A stretch of DNA of 64,000 nt from Pristiophorus japonicus (lineage: Eukaryota): NCBI RefSeq assembly GCF_044704955.1, contig NC_091979.1, positions 110,732,001-110,796,000 of the forward strand, read 5' to 3'. Of the stretch, positions 21,588 through 33,558 are shown one piece after another. The translations under genes were made by a program, and so were the position numbers. The notes below the pieces were generated by a model that worked only from the letters and a program-made list of their open reading frames with translations, searched no databases and was not told where the DNA came from. Each line of letters starts with the position of its first letter. The stretch's first letter is position 1.

Positions 21588-24182
21588 CAAACACAGTCTG
21601 AATGCAAATATTAATTTGTTTATCAACTCCCTATTTGACCCAACAAAAGGTTAAAATAAAAATACATGTTCACTGTGAAATCCATAATTTTAGAACATGT
21701 ATTAACTGTCAACGGGTACAAATATGATTCAAACATCTAATAATTTTATTTATGGCATTACTTTTATCCTTAACCATCTATCTTCCTCTAGTCATGTAGC
21801 TATTAGTTTTCCCTATTAAGCTATGATGCAGAACTTCCCCTATTAAGCGAACTGCACAATGGAGTTCAAGACTGTAAATGTAAACAGCTGTGATGTGGCA
21901 GTGTGTCAAATTAGATCATCAAAGTAACATTTTGCTGCAGGATAAAAAAAAGATCTTGTAAAATATATCGATTTTATATTACAATCTTTTCAGTATACAA
22001 AAGTTGTGACTTATTTGTATCTATACATAACATTTAAAAAACATATTTGCCATTTTAATTTATTCAGACAATACTGCAAATGAATAAATGTTATGATTGC
22101 TCACACCTTGAGTTTATAATATACAGTATTGAAAACTGACAGTGATTAAACAGATCCAATAAGCTGGAGAATCTATATTCTGACAACAGCAAATGATCAG
22201 TACCAAGTATTGTAAAATTATTCAGTATTTTTCACTGGCAACTAACAGATGCCGTTTAAATCCAACATGTATGGTCACATTCAGCAAACATATAATGCGC
22301 GCAATTTAAGTACCTGTATACTTTTTACTATTACATGAAAGTCCACCGTTTCCTGATCACTGCATTAATTGTGTTCACTAACCAACCACTACTGTCACAC
22401 TAGCTCCGTCACCACCACAGACAGGTACATCAATCATTGCTAATTTCCAGTTCCCAAGAGCATCACTTCCTCACAATGCAATCTACTAAAACAGCATTTG
22501 ACCCATTTGTTCCCATCTTCTCTCTTGATGCTTGTTCCTGTAATGACTCACCTGGGACATCGCTTTCTATTTTCTGCAGTATCTAATCAACAAACTTTAC
22601 AACATTACAAGTATAATGTGGACTGTTATCCTTAATCACAGAAAAGACACGTAATCACAGAATAGACACCAATTTCATGACCATATCAATAGATAAAGAA
22701 GAATTCAATTTTGTTCAGGTGACAATTGTGATATACCAACCTGGCTGATGTGAGGACAACAGTGAAAAAGTGATATCATTATGTAATATTATGTAACCTA
22801 GATAAATTTGTATCTAGAAAATGTGCAATGTCTCTTATGATCTTGTGTGTTATTCATTACTCTGTGAAAAAAATGTAGAAATTACTACTTAATCTAAAAT
22901 GCAAGAATAGTTTTTTTTTCTTCTGTACTTTAACTAAATTACTTTATTTGATCCTAAATGTAAGTGGTAATGGCAAACAAGAATCACTCCTGCAGCAAAA
23001 CAGAAAGCTAAATTAATAATGGCAGACAGCTAACATCTAGTTAGATGTTCCGAGCTTACACCAGTTTGTTGAAGCAGGAATGATTAGATTCCAGTAACCA
23101 TTTAAAATCTGCAGTAGGAATTTTGCACTAATAAAAGAATGCAAGATTTAGGAATGTTACAAATTAAATATTTCATGGTATCATGTGTTTGCAATTTTAT
23201 TTGCTAATATCTGGCATAAGAAATTTGCATAATTTGCTTCAAACATTAAATACGTGAATATATTCTGAAAACTAGAGGGGATAGTCAAAGATTATTCTAT
23301 GGTATTCTTTGCCTCTAGTTCCAACAGCAAGGATTTAATTTTACTTTTTCATGGCCTTATCTGCCTGCACTGCCATCTTCAAATGATCTGTGTATCTGCA
23401 CAGCAAGGTTCCTCTGCTCCACTATTCCATTTAAAATGTTTCAATTGATATGAACGAAAACTAGTCTGCAAAATACCTTTGTATGATGCAAGAGGTATTA
23501 AATAAATTAATGGTTTCAGTATTCAAGACATGTCAGCAGAACAATCACTTTAGCACAAATCACTACTTTGACAAACAGAAAACAAATATTTTATTTGAAC
23601 ATTTTGTCATGGGCTTTCAATTTTTGTACATCAAGAGGTTGTTGGAGAATGTTATCAGCAACTGTGCAGATCAAATGTTCAGAAAGACTATGTTTAAGAC
23701 ATACCGAGTCCTTATCTAAAACTATATCCCTTCAGTTTTCTGCAAAGCTGTTCTAGTTCACTATATGTGCGTAGAATGATTAACATTTTATTTTTATTCC
23801 TCAAGTTAAAATGTGGTTACATTGGAGTTAAATGTGTTTACAATATGAATATTGAAATATTTTTGTACATACACTGAAATCCAAATCAGATTTTGTCAAT
23901 GGCATACCATTTCTCTACAAAGTTATTGAAAAGTAATAATCACAAATGCACTTGATGCAAGGTAATGCACATCAGTTGATCTAACTGGGGAGATGTACCA
24001 ATTAGGAGATCTTCTTCTATCGAGTGCACAGCAAGTCTTAGTCATTTCTATTATTCAGGTTCAGCTTTTCCTAAAATGTGTGCAGGAGAACTTCCTTAAT
24101 CAGTATGTTCCTAGCCCAACGAGGAAGGAAGCAGTGCTGAATCTCATTCTGCGGTATGAAATAAGGCAAATGGAATGTGTTG

Positions 24183-24543
24183 GGCGGGCCACATTGTTGG
24201 CATGCTTGACACAAGACTCCCAAAGCAAGTGCTCTACTCGGAACTCCGACACGGCAAGCGAGCCCAAGGTGGGCAGAGGAAACATTTCAAGGATACCCTC
24301 AAAGCCCACCAACACCTGGGAGTCCCTGGCCAAACACCAGCCTAAGTGGAGGAAGTGCATCTCGAGTCTTAATGCCGAGAGCATGCAGAAACCAAGCGCA
24401 GGCAGCAGGAGAGTACGGCAAACCAGTCCCACCCACATTGTCCTTCAATGACTGTCTGTCCCACCTGTGACAGAGACTGTAGCTCCCGTATTGGACTGTT
24501 CAGTCACCTAAGAAATCATTTTTAGAGTGGAAGCAAGTCTTCC
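24183..24543 (+). mobile_element. RTE-clade LINE 3' fragment; its tail resumes at 29760-29795
   Basis: Matches RTE copies at 51940-52380 and 61240-61490; split at gcaagtcttcc / tcgatttcgaggggctgcctatgatga. Confidence 0.85.
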
Positions 24544-25836
24544 ACTCGAAAGGTGACATCACAGCCAAAGGGGTAAGTGGTTGGCTGGTGATTGGTGAGT
24601 AGCTTTTTCTTTTTCTTTTCTTTATCAGTAAGTCACCTTCAGCATTATTGTTGCCAAATTAAGTTAATCTAGGGGTTAAGTCATGGCAGGAGAGCTCGGA
24701 CACGTGTTATAGTCCTCCTGTACTATGTGGGAAATCAGGGACGCTTCCAGTGTCCCTGACGACTACATATGCGGGAAGTGTATCCGGCCGCAGCTCCTGA
24801 CAGACCGCATTGCGGCACTCGAGCTGCGGGTGGATTCACTCTGGAGCACGCGCGATGCTGAGGATGTCGTGAATAGCACTTTTAGTGAGTTGGTCTTACC
24901 GCAGGTAAAGGTTACACAGCTAGATAGGGGATCGGTGACCAACAGGAAAAGCAGTGGAAGGAAGGTAGTACAGGGGTCCCCTGCGGTCATCCCCCTGTAA
25001 AACAGATACATTGCTTTGGATACTGTTGAGGGGGATGACTCATCAGGGGAGGGCAGCAGCAGCCAAGTCCATGGCACCGTGGGTGGCTCTGTTGCACAGG
25101 AAGGCAGGAAAAAGAATGGGAGAGCTATAGTGATAGGGGATTCTATTGTAAGGGGAATAGGTAGATGTTTCTGCGGCCGCAAGTGAGACTCCAGGATGGT
25201 ATGTTGCCTCCCTGGTGCAAGGGTCAAGGATGTCTCGGAGCGGATGCAGGACATTTTGAAGGGGGAGGGTAAACAGCCAGTTGTCGTGGTGCATATAGGT
25301 AAAAAACGGGATGAGGTCCTATAAGACGAATAATAGGAGTTAAATTAAAAAGTAGGACCTCAAAAGTAGTAATCTCAGGATTGCTACCAGTGCTACGTGC
25401 TAGTCAGAATAGGAATCGCAGGATAGCTCAGAGGAATACATGGCTTGAGGAGTGGTGCAGAAGGGAGGGATTCACATTCCTGGGACATTGGAACCAGTAC
25501 AAACCGGACGGTCTGCACCTGGGCACGACTGGAACCAATGTCCTAGGGGGAGTGTTTGCTAGTGCTGTTGGGGAAGGGTTAAACTAATATGGCAGGGGGA
25601 TGGGAATCTATGCAGGGAGACAGAGGGAAGTAGAATGGGGGCAAAAGCGAAAGAAGAAAAGTAAAAGTGGAGGGCACAGAAACCCATGGCAAAAAGCAAA
25701 AAGGGCAACATTACAGCAAAATCCTAAAGGGGCAAAAGGTGAGCCTGAAAGCTCTGTGCCTCAATGCGAGGAGTATTCGAAATAAGGTCGAGGAATTAAC
25801 TGCGCAGATAGCAGTTAACGGATATGATGTAATTGG

Positions 25837-26043
25837 CATAGAAACATAGAAAATAGGTGGAGTAGGCCATTCGGCCCTTCGAGCCTGTACCGCCATTCGA
25901 CGAGTTCATGGCTGAACATGCAACTTCAGTACCCCATTCCTGCTTTCTCACCATACCCCTTGATCCCCCTAGTAGTAAGGACTACATCTAACTCCTTTTT
26001 GAATATATTTAGTGAATTGGCCTCAACAATTTTCTGTGGTAGA
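25837..26043 (-). mobile_element. 207-bp CR1 3' end inserted in the host APE region
   Basis: Interrupts VIGI/TWLQ; near-identical to 26317-26525. Confidence 0.9.
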
Positions 26044-26316
26044 CATGGCTCCAGGGTGACCAAGGCTGGGAACTCAACATCCAGGGGTATTCAACATTTA
26101 GGAAGGATAGACAAAAAGGAAAAGGAGGTGGGGTGGCGTTGTTGGTTAAAGAGGAAATTAATGCAATAGAAAGGAAGCACATTAGCTTGGATGATGTGGA
26201 ATCTGTATGGGTGGAGCTACGGAATACCAAAGGGCAGAAAACGCTAGTGGGAGTTGTGTACAGACCACCAAATAGTAGCAATGAGGATGGGGACAACATC
26301 AAACAAGAAATTAGGG

Positions 26317-27247
26317 ATAGAAACATAGAAAATAGGTGCAGGAGTAGGCCATTCGGCCCTTCTAGCCTGCACTGCCATTCAATGAGTTCATGGCTGAACA
26401 TGCAACTTCAGTACCCCATTCCTGCTTTCTCGCCATACCCCTTGATTCCCCTAGTAGTAAGGACTTCATCTAACTCTTTTTTGAATATATTTAGTGAATT
26501 GGCCGCAACAACTTTCTGTGCTAGAGAATTCCACAGGTTCACCACTCTCTGGGTGAAGAAGTTCCTCCTCATCTCGGTCCTAAATGGCTTACCCCTTATC
26601 CTTAGACTGTGTCCCCTGGTTCTGGACTTTCCCAACATTGGGAACATTCTTCCTGCATCTAACCTGTCTAACGCCGTCAGAATTTTAAATGTTTCTATGA
26701 GGTCCCCTCTCATTCTTCTGAACTCCAGTGAATACAAGCCCAGTTGATCCAGTCTTTCTTGATAGGTCAGTCCCGCCATCCCAGGAATCAGTCTGGTGAA
26801 CCTTCGCTGCACTCCCTCAATAGCAAGAATGTCCTTCCTCAGGTTAGGAGGCCAAAACTGTACACAATACTCCAGGTGTGGCCTCACCAAGGCCCTGTAC
26901 AACTGTAGCAACACCTCCCTGCCCCTGTACTCAAATCCCCTCGCTATGAAGGCCAACATGCCATTTGCTTTCTTAACCGCCTGCTGTACCTGCATGCCAA
27001 CCTTCAATGACTGATGTACCATGACACCCAGGTCTCTTTGCACCTCCCCTTTTCCTAATCTGTCACCATTCAGATAATAGTCTGTCTCTCTGTTTTTACC
27101 ACCAAAGTGGATAACCTCACATTTATCCACATTATACTTCATCTGCCATGCATTTGCCCACTCACCTAACCTATCTAAGTCACTCTGCAGCCTCATAGCA
27201 TCCTCCTCGCAGCTCACACTGCCACCCAACTTAGTGTCATCCGCAAA
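26317..27247 (-). mobile_element. 930-bp young CR1 3' end (subfamily A) with open RT C-terminus
   Basis: ORF 26408-27229; 26825-27247 is almost identical to 1-424; interrupts host IRD/NKG. Confidence 0.93.
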
Positions 27248-30200
27248 ATAAAGGTACAGCAGTTATCATGGGCGACTTTAATCTACAAATAGATTGCTAC
27301 CATTGCTACCAAACTGGTAGCAATGCGGTGGAGGAGGATTTCCTGGAGTGTATTAGGGATGGTTTTCCAGACCAATATGTCGAGGAACCAACTAGAGGGC
27401 TGGCCATCCTAGACTGGGTGATGTGTAATGAGAAAGGACTAATTAACAATCTTGTTGTGCGAAGCCTCTTGGGGAAGAGCGACCATAATATGGTAGAATT
27501 CTTTATTGAGATGGAGAGTGACACAGTTAATTCAGCGACTAGGGTCCTGAACTTGGGGAAAGGTAACTTCGATGGTTTGAGACGTGAATTAGTTAGAATA
27601 GACTGGCGAATGATACTTAAAGGGTTGACGATGGATAGGCAATGGCAAACATTTAAAGATCACATGGATGAACTTCAACAATTGTACATCCCTGTCTGGA
27701 GTAAAAATAAAAAGGGGAAGGTGGCTCAACCGTGGCTAACAAGGGAAATTAAGAATAGTGTTAAATCCAAGCAAGAGACATATAAATTGGCCAGAAAAAG
27801 CAGCAAAGCTGAGGACTGGGAGAATTTTGCAATACAGCAGAGGAGGACAAAGGGTTTAATTAGGAGGGGGAAAATAGAGTATGAGAGGAAGCTTACTGGG
27901 AACATAAAAACTGACTGCAAAAACTTCTATAGATATGTGAAAAGAAAAAGATTTGTGAAAACAAACATAGGTCCCTTGCAGTCAGATTCAGTTGAATTTA
28001 TAATGGGGAACAAAGAAATGGCGGACCAGTTAAACAAATGCTTTGATTCTGTTTTCACGAAGGAAGACACAAATAGCCTTCCGGAAATACTAGGGGACCG
28101 AGGGTAGTGAAAAGGAGGAACTGAAGGATATCTTTATAAAGCGGGAAAATGTGTTCGGGAAATTGATGGGATTGAAGCCCGATAAATCCCTGGGGCCTGA
28201 TAGTCTGCATCCCAGAGTACTTAAGGAAGTGGCCATAGAAATAGTGGATGCATTGATGATCATTTTCCAACAGTCTATCGACTCTGGATCAGTTCCTGTG
28301 GACTGGAGGGTAGCTAATGTAACACCACTTTTTAAAAAAGGAGAGAGAAAACGGGTAATTATAGACCGGTTAACCTGACATCAGTCGTGGGGAAAATGTT
28401 GGAATCAATTATTAGGGATGAAATAGCAGTGCATTTGGAAAGCAGTGACAGGATTGGTCCAAGTCAGCATGGATTTATGAAAGGGAAATCATACTTGACA
28501 AATTCTTCTGGAATTTTTTGAGGATGTAACCAGCAGAGTGGACAAGGGAAAACCAGTGGATGTGGTGTATTTGGACTTTCAAAAGGCTTTTGACAAAGTC
28601 CCACACAAGAGATTGGTGTGCAAAATCAAAGCACATGGTATTGGGGGTACTGTACAGACGTGGATAGAGAACTGGTTGGCAGACAGGAAGCAGAGAGTCG
28701 GAATAAACGGGTCCTCTTCAGAATGGCAGGCAGTGACTAGTGGGGTGCCGCAGGGTTCAGTGCTGGGACCCCAGCTCTTTACAATATAGATTAATGATTT
28801 AGATGAAGGAATTGAGTGTAATATCTCCAAGTTTGCAGATGGCACTAAACTGGGTGGTGGTGTGAGCTGTGAGGAGGACGCTAAGAGGCTGCAGGGTGAC
28901 TTGGACAGGTTAGGTGAGTGGGCAAATGCATGGCAGATTCAGTATAATGTGGATAAATATAAGGTTATCCACTTTGGGGGCAAAAACACGAAGGCAGAAT
29001 ATCATCTGAATGGCGGCAGATTAGGAAAGAGGGAGGTGCAACGAGACCTGGGTGTCATGGTTCATCAGTCATTGAAAGTTGGTATGCAGGTACAGTAGGC
29101 GGTGAAGGTGGCAAATGGTATGTTGGCCTTCATAGCTAGGGGATTTGAGTATAGGAGCAGGGAGGTCTTACTGCAGTTGTACAGGGCCTTGGTGAGGCCT
29201 CACCTGGAATAGTGTGTTCCGTTTTGGTCTCCTAATCTGAGGAAGGATGTTTTTGCTATTGAGGGAATGCAGCGAAGGTTCACCAGACTGATTCCCGGGA
29301 TGGCTGGACTGACATATGAGGAGAGACTGGATCAACTGGGCCTTTATATACTGGAATTTAGAAGATTGAGAGGGGATCTCATAGAAACTTACAAGATTTT
29401 GACGGGACTGGACAGGTTAGATGCGGGAAGAATGTTCCCCATGTTGGGGAAGTCCAGAACCAGGGGACAGAGTCTTGGATAAGGGGTAGGCCATTTAGGA
29501 CTGAGATGAGGAGAAACTTCTTCACTCAGAGAGTTGTTAACCTGTGGAGTTCCCTACCGCAGAGTTGTTGATGCCAGTTCATTGGATATATTCAAGAGGG
29601 AGTTAGATATGGCCCTTACTGTTAAAGGGATCAAGGCATATGGAGAGAAAGCAGGAAAGGGGTACGGAGGGAATGATCAGCCATGATCTTATTGAATGGT
29701 GGTGCAGGCTCGAGGGGTCGAATGGCCTACTCCTGCACCTAGTTTCTATATTTCTATGTTTCCTCGATTTCGAGGGGCTGCCTATGATGATAATGAGTGA
29801 TCAAGATATGATTAGGTTTAAAGTAGTTATGGAAAGGGATGAAATACCCAATCGGAAGAGAACCAATTTCAGTGATTGAGAAGAGATCTAGCACAGGTGG
29901 ACGAGAAAAAAATATTGTCCAGGAAAAGAGTTAATGAACAATGACAGGGCTTCAAGGTAGAAATATTTTGGTACAAACCAAGCATAATCCCATAAGGAGG
30001 AAAGATGGGGCATCCAAAGCTAGAGCTCCCTGGATGACAAAGGAAATAGAGGTTAAAATAAAACAGAAAAAGGAGGCTTATGACAAATGTCAGGTCCGGA
30101 ATACAGTAGAAAACCATGGCAGAATACAGAGCGTGCAGGAGGAAATTGAAAACAGATACAAGAAGGGCAAAGAGAGGGTACAAGAAAAGATTACCAGCTA

Positions 30201-33200
30201 ACATAAAAGGGAGCCCTAAAGTAATTTATGAACATATATAAAGAATAGTTGAAGGAATGCTGAGACTGATTAGGGACAAAAATGAAAACCTTCTTGTGGA
30301 GGCAGAAGGCATGACTGAGGTACTGAATGAGCACTTTGCATCTGAATTCGCAAAAGAACAGGTTGAAATTAATGTTGCACTGGAGTGGGGGGGGCGGAGT
30401 AGAGAAATTGTATAGGATTAAAATAGTTCAAAGTTAACAAGTCACCCAGTCCAAATGGGATTCATCCTAGGTTGCTGAAGGACGCTAGCGTGGAGAGAGA
30501 AGAAGCTCCTTCAATCTTGCTTGGTATGGGAGTGGTGCCAAAGGACTGGAGGATTTCAAATGTTACAACCCTGTTCAATAAAGGGAACATGATAAACCTG
30601 GTAACTACGGACCAATCAGTCTAACATCAGATCTGGCTAAACTACTATGGCAAATGGAATGTTGGCCTTTATTGCATGGGGAATAGAGTATAAAAGCAGA
30701 GAAGTCCTGCTACAATTGTACAGGGTATTGGCGAGGCCACACCTGGAGTACTGCGACAGTTTTGGTCTCTGTATTTAAGGAAGGATATACTTGCATTGGA
30801 GGCTGTTCAGAGCAGGTTCACTAGGTTGATTCCGGAGATGAGGGGGTTGACTTATGAAGATAGGTTGAGTAGGTTGGGCTCTACACACTGGAGTTTAGAA
30901 GAATGAGAGGTGATCTTATCGAAATATGTAAGATAATGAGGGGGCTCAACAAGGTGGATGCAGAGGGAATATTTCCACATAGGGGAAACTAAAACTAGGG
31001 GGCATTGTCTTAGAATAAGGGGCCGCCCATTTAAAACTGAGATGAGGAGGAATTTCTTCTCTGAGGGTTGCAAATCTGTGGAATTCTCTGCCAAGAGAGC
31101 TGTGGAGGTTGTGTCATTGAATATATTTCAGGCAGAGATACAGATTTTTGAGCGATAATGGAATAAAGGGTTATGGGGAGCGGGCAGGGAAGCAGAACCG
31201 AGTCCATGATCAGATCAGCCATGATCTTATTAAGTGGCGGAGCAGGCTCGAGGGGTCAAATTGCCTTCTCCTGCTCCTATTTCTTATGTTATGTACAAGA
31301 GATCAATGTCAAGGACAAAATTAATTCACACTTGGAAAGGTATGGGTTACTAAGGGATAGCAAATCGTGTCTGACTAACCTGATTCAGTTCCTTGATGAA
31401 GTAACAAAGTTGCTTAAGGTCGTGCAGATGTTGTGTATATTGTCTTTCAAAAGGCATTTGATAAAGGACCACATAACAGATTTATTCAGAAAATTCAGTA
31501 AACATGATATTAAAGAGACAGTGGTAACACTTGGGTACTAAATTGACTATGGGGTAGGAGGCAGTGAGTAATGGAGAACGGATTTTTTTTAAAATGAGTG
31601 AAGGGAAGTATGCACTGGGGTCCCCCAGGGGTCAATATTAGGATCATTGCTTTTCTTGTTGTATATAAATGACCAGGACTTGGGTATAGGGTGCACAATT
31701 TCAAAGTTTGCAGATAATACAAAACTTGCCACGTTTTGAAATTGTGCACCCTCTACCCAAGTAAATAGTGAACAGGACAGTCGGAGGCTTCAGGAGGACA
31801 TAGACAGACTGGTGAAATAGGCAGACACATGGCTCAGGTTATTATGCAGAAACCCAGCATATGTCCCTTAACCCTCCGCAGGTGGAAGTAAGCTTGTGCA
31901 TAGGTTTACTTCCCTTACAGTGAATGCTCAACCCTTCATTCTGAACGCTCCCTGTTCATTCCAGGTAACGTGGAGGTGTTCCTTTAGGGCACTGAGTTCA
32001 GGGCAGTGCAGTGTCATTTAATGATTCTGCTATACTCTTGCAGATGGGAGCCAAGCTTCATGGTTCTGGGTCGGAGCTGGTTCAGGTACAGGGGCTGAGC
32101 TCATTCCATAGCAACCCTTTCAATCTATTGCTATAGGTTTAGCCAGGCACTGCACAGCCCAGGGATTTCAAAACAAATGATGGCTTTTTGTCAAAACATA
32201 CATAAATTTGCTCATTAATTCTGAGTAATCACAATATGGGTGGGATTTGGTCTCAGTCTCCATGCAACTCCCAATACTGCAGCAGATCGACAATAAACAT
32301 TTAATGACATGGTCCTGGAGAGTTACCCTTGGAGGAAAACACCTTCCCATGAGGCTGGGATAGAGAGAGGGGTTTGGTAACATCTTGCATCTTACTATTA
32401 AGTGAGTATTTACAAAACAGCCACGTTGTATAAAATTATGCAAAAAGCAATGCAAGTACCCTACATATATAATTCATGGGTCAACAACATGTGCCTGACA
32501 TTCCTGCCAATCAATTCTCTCCAAAATGACCCTGAAGTTCCGCTAGATTTACTGATTAGTCTGTATGTACTAATCTGAAGAGCACAGCTCCTTTTAAATA
32601 CTTAATGTCAGCATTCAGTAAAAACTCAGCAGTCAGACCCTATTTCAGGAAATACTCCTGCATAACACCCATCACTTTGGACATGCTTATAAGTTGTTAA
32701 ACAGAGACCAAAAACCAGTTTTCAGAGTCTGAAGAAGCTCACTAAAATAGAGACTTTGCTGAATCAATAAGTATGCATGTAAATATTCCTTGTTCATTTT
32801 ACCTGCGACTTGCCCATAATTGATAACTTGACATAGTAGTTTTACAGTGCTGCGAGTAGCACATTAAGCACAATCAATGCAGCACATTCCTGCTACATCT
32901 GGGTGACTTGCTTCTATTGCCACTCTGCAAAAATTTTCCTAATGGAATGTGTACCCATCAAAGAATGCTTGGTCTGTCTTCAGGAAATTAGTAAATTCTG
33001 TTATTGAATGAAACTCATGTAAGGATTTCTACTTTCATTGAAAAATTAACTAAATAGCAGAATGTGATCCTAAAACATCAATAAAAAACATGAAATAAAA
33101 AGGAATGCAACTTATTCAGTGTTCTTTCAGTAGTAGTTTTGGTTATAAGCCTTTATTCGGGATTTTTATTCCAGTTGTATATTCTTTTTTGATCGGTCAG

Positions 33201-33472
33201 CTTTTCTGAAGCTGTTTGTTGGTTTTTGCAAGTTTTGTACGCTTGCATGATTGTGTGAAAGCTTATCCTCAAATCACGTGCATGATAAAATGTCAGATTA
33301 GGTGCCTGCTACTACAGTGAGAGAGAGACTGATTTTAAACTGGCAAGACTGACTTAGTACAAAAGGATAAGGAATGATATCATATACACACACTCAATGA
33401 GTATTTTTGGCTTTGGTGAATAAACCAGTATTTAATTGAAAAATAACACAATAATTTAATGTATGCACTTAC

Positions 33473-33558
33473 TTAAACAGGATCTTTTTGTAGTAGCACT
33501 TGCTCCTCCTAAACACAAGTTGCCTCCTCGATGAACCAATTCCAGCTCTAAATTCAGC
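33473..33558 (-). CDS. UBR3: UBR3 internal coding exon (86 nt, phase 2-1); absent from the ORF track
   Basis: Manual translation (R)LNLELELVHRGGNLCLGGASATTKRSCL, matching UBR3 RTNLELELIHRGGNLCSGGASTAGKRSCL; acceptor gatgcaacag, donor A/gtaagt; phase fits the previous exon. Confidence 0.94.

Larger units (their letters stand above)
24544..29759 (+). mobile_element. Nearly full-length degraded CR1 (subfamily B) with ORF1 and ORF2 remnants
   Basis: ORF1 homologous to 2568-3516; APE and RT fragments; (tttctatg) tail; ttcc repeated at both ends. Confidence 0.92.
24055..31835 (+). mobile_element. Old CR1 (24055-24180 plus 29796-31835) hosting nested insertions, including a CR1 3' end at about 30650-31293
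   Basis: FLKCVQENFLNQYVPSPTRKEAVLNL resumes as SDQDMIRFKVVME at 29796. Confidence 0.78.

Noticed and set aside
32420-32460. VLA.CFLHNFIQRG on the minus strand, resembling a Harbinger transposase C-terminal motif
   Set aside because: Needs a frameshift and I could not find convincing colinear DDE motifs upstream
1-33472. Expected next UBR3 exon (QLFHVLA.HMRLY..NPW)
   Set aside because: Not found by eye in the unique segments; most simply it lies beyond the window start, so I do not claim exon loss
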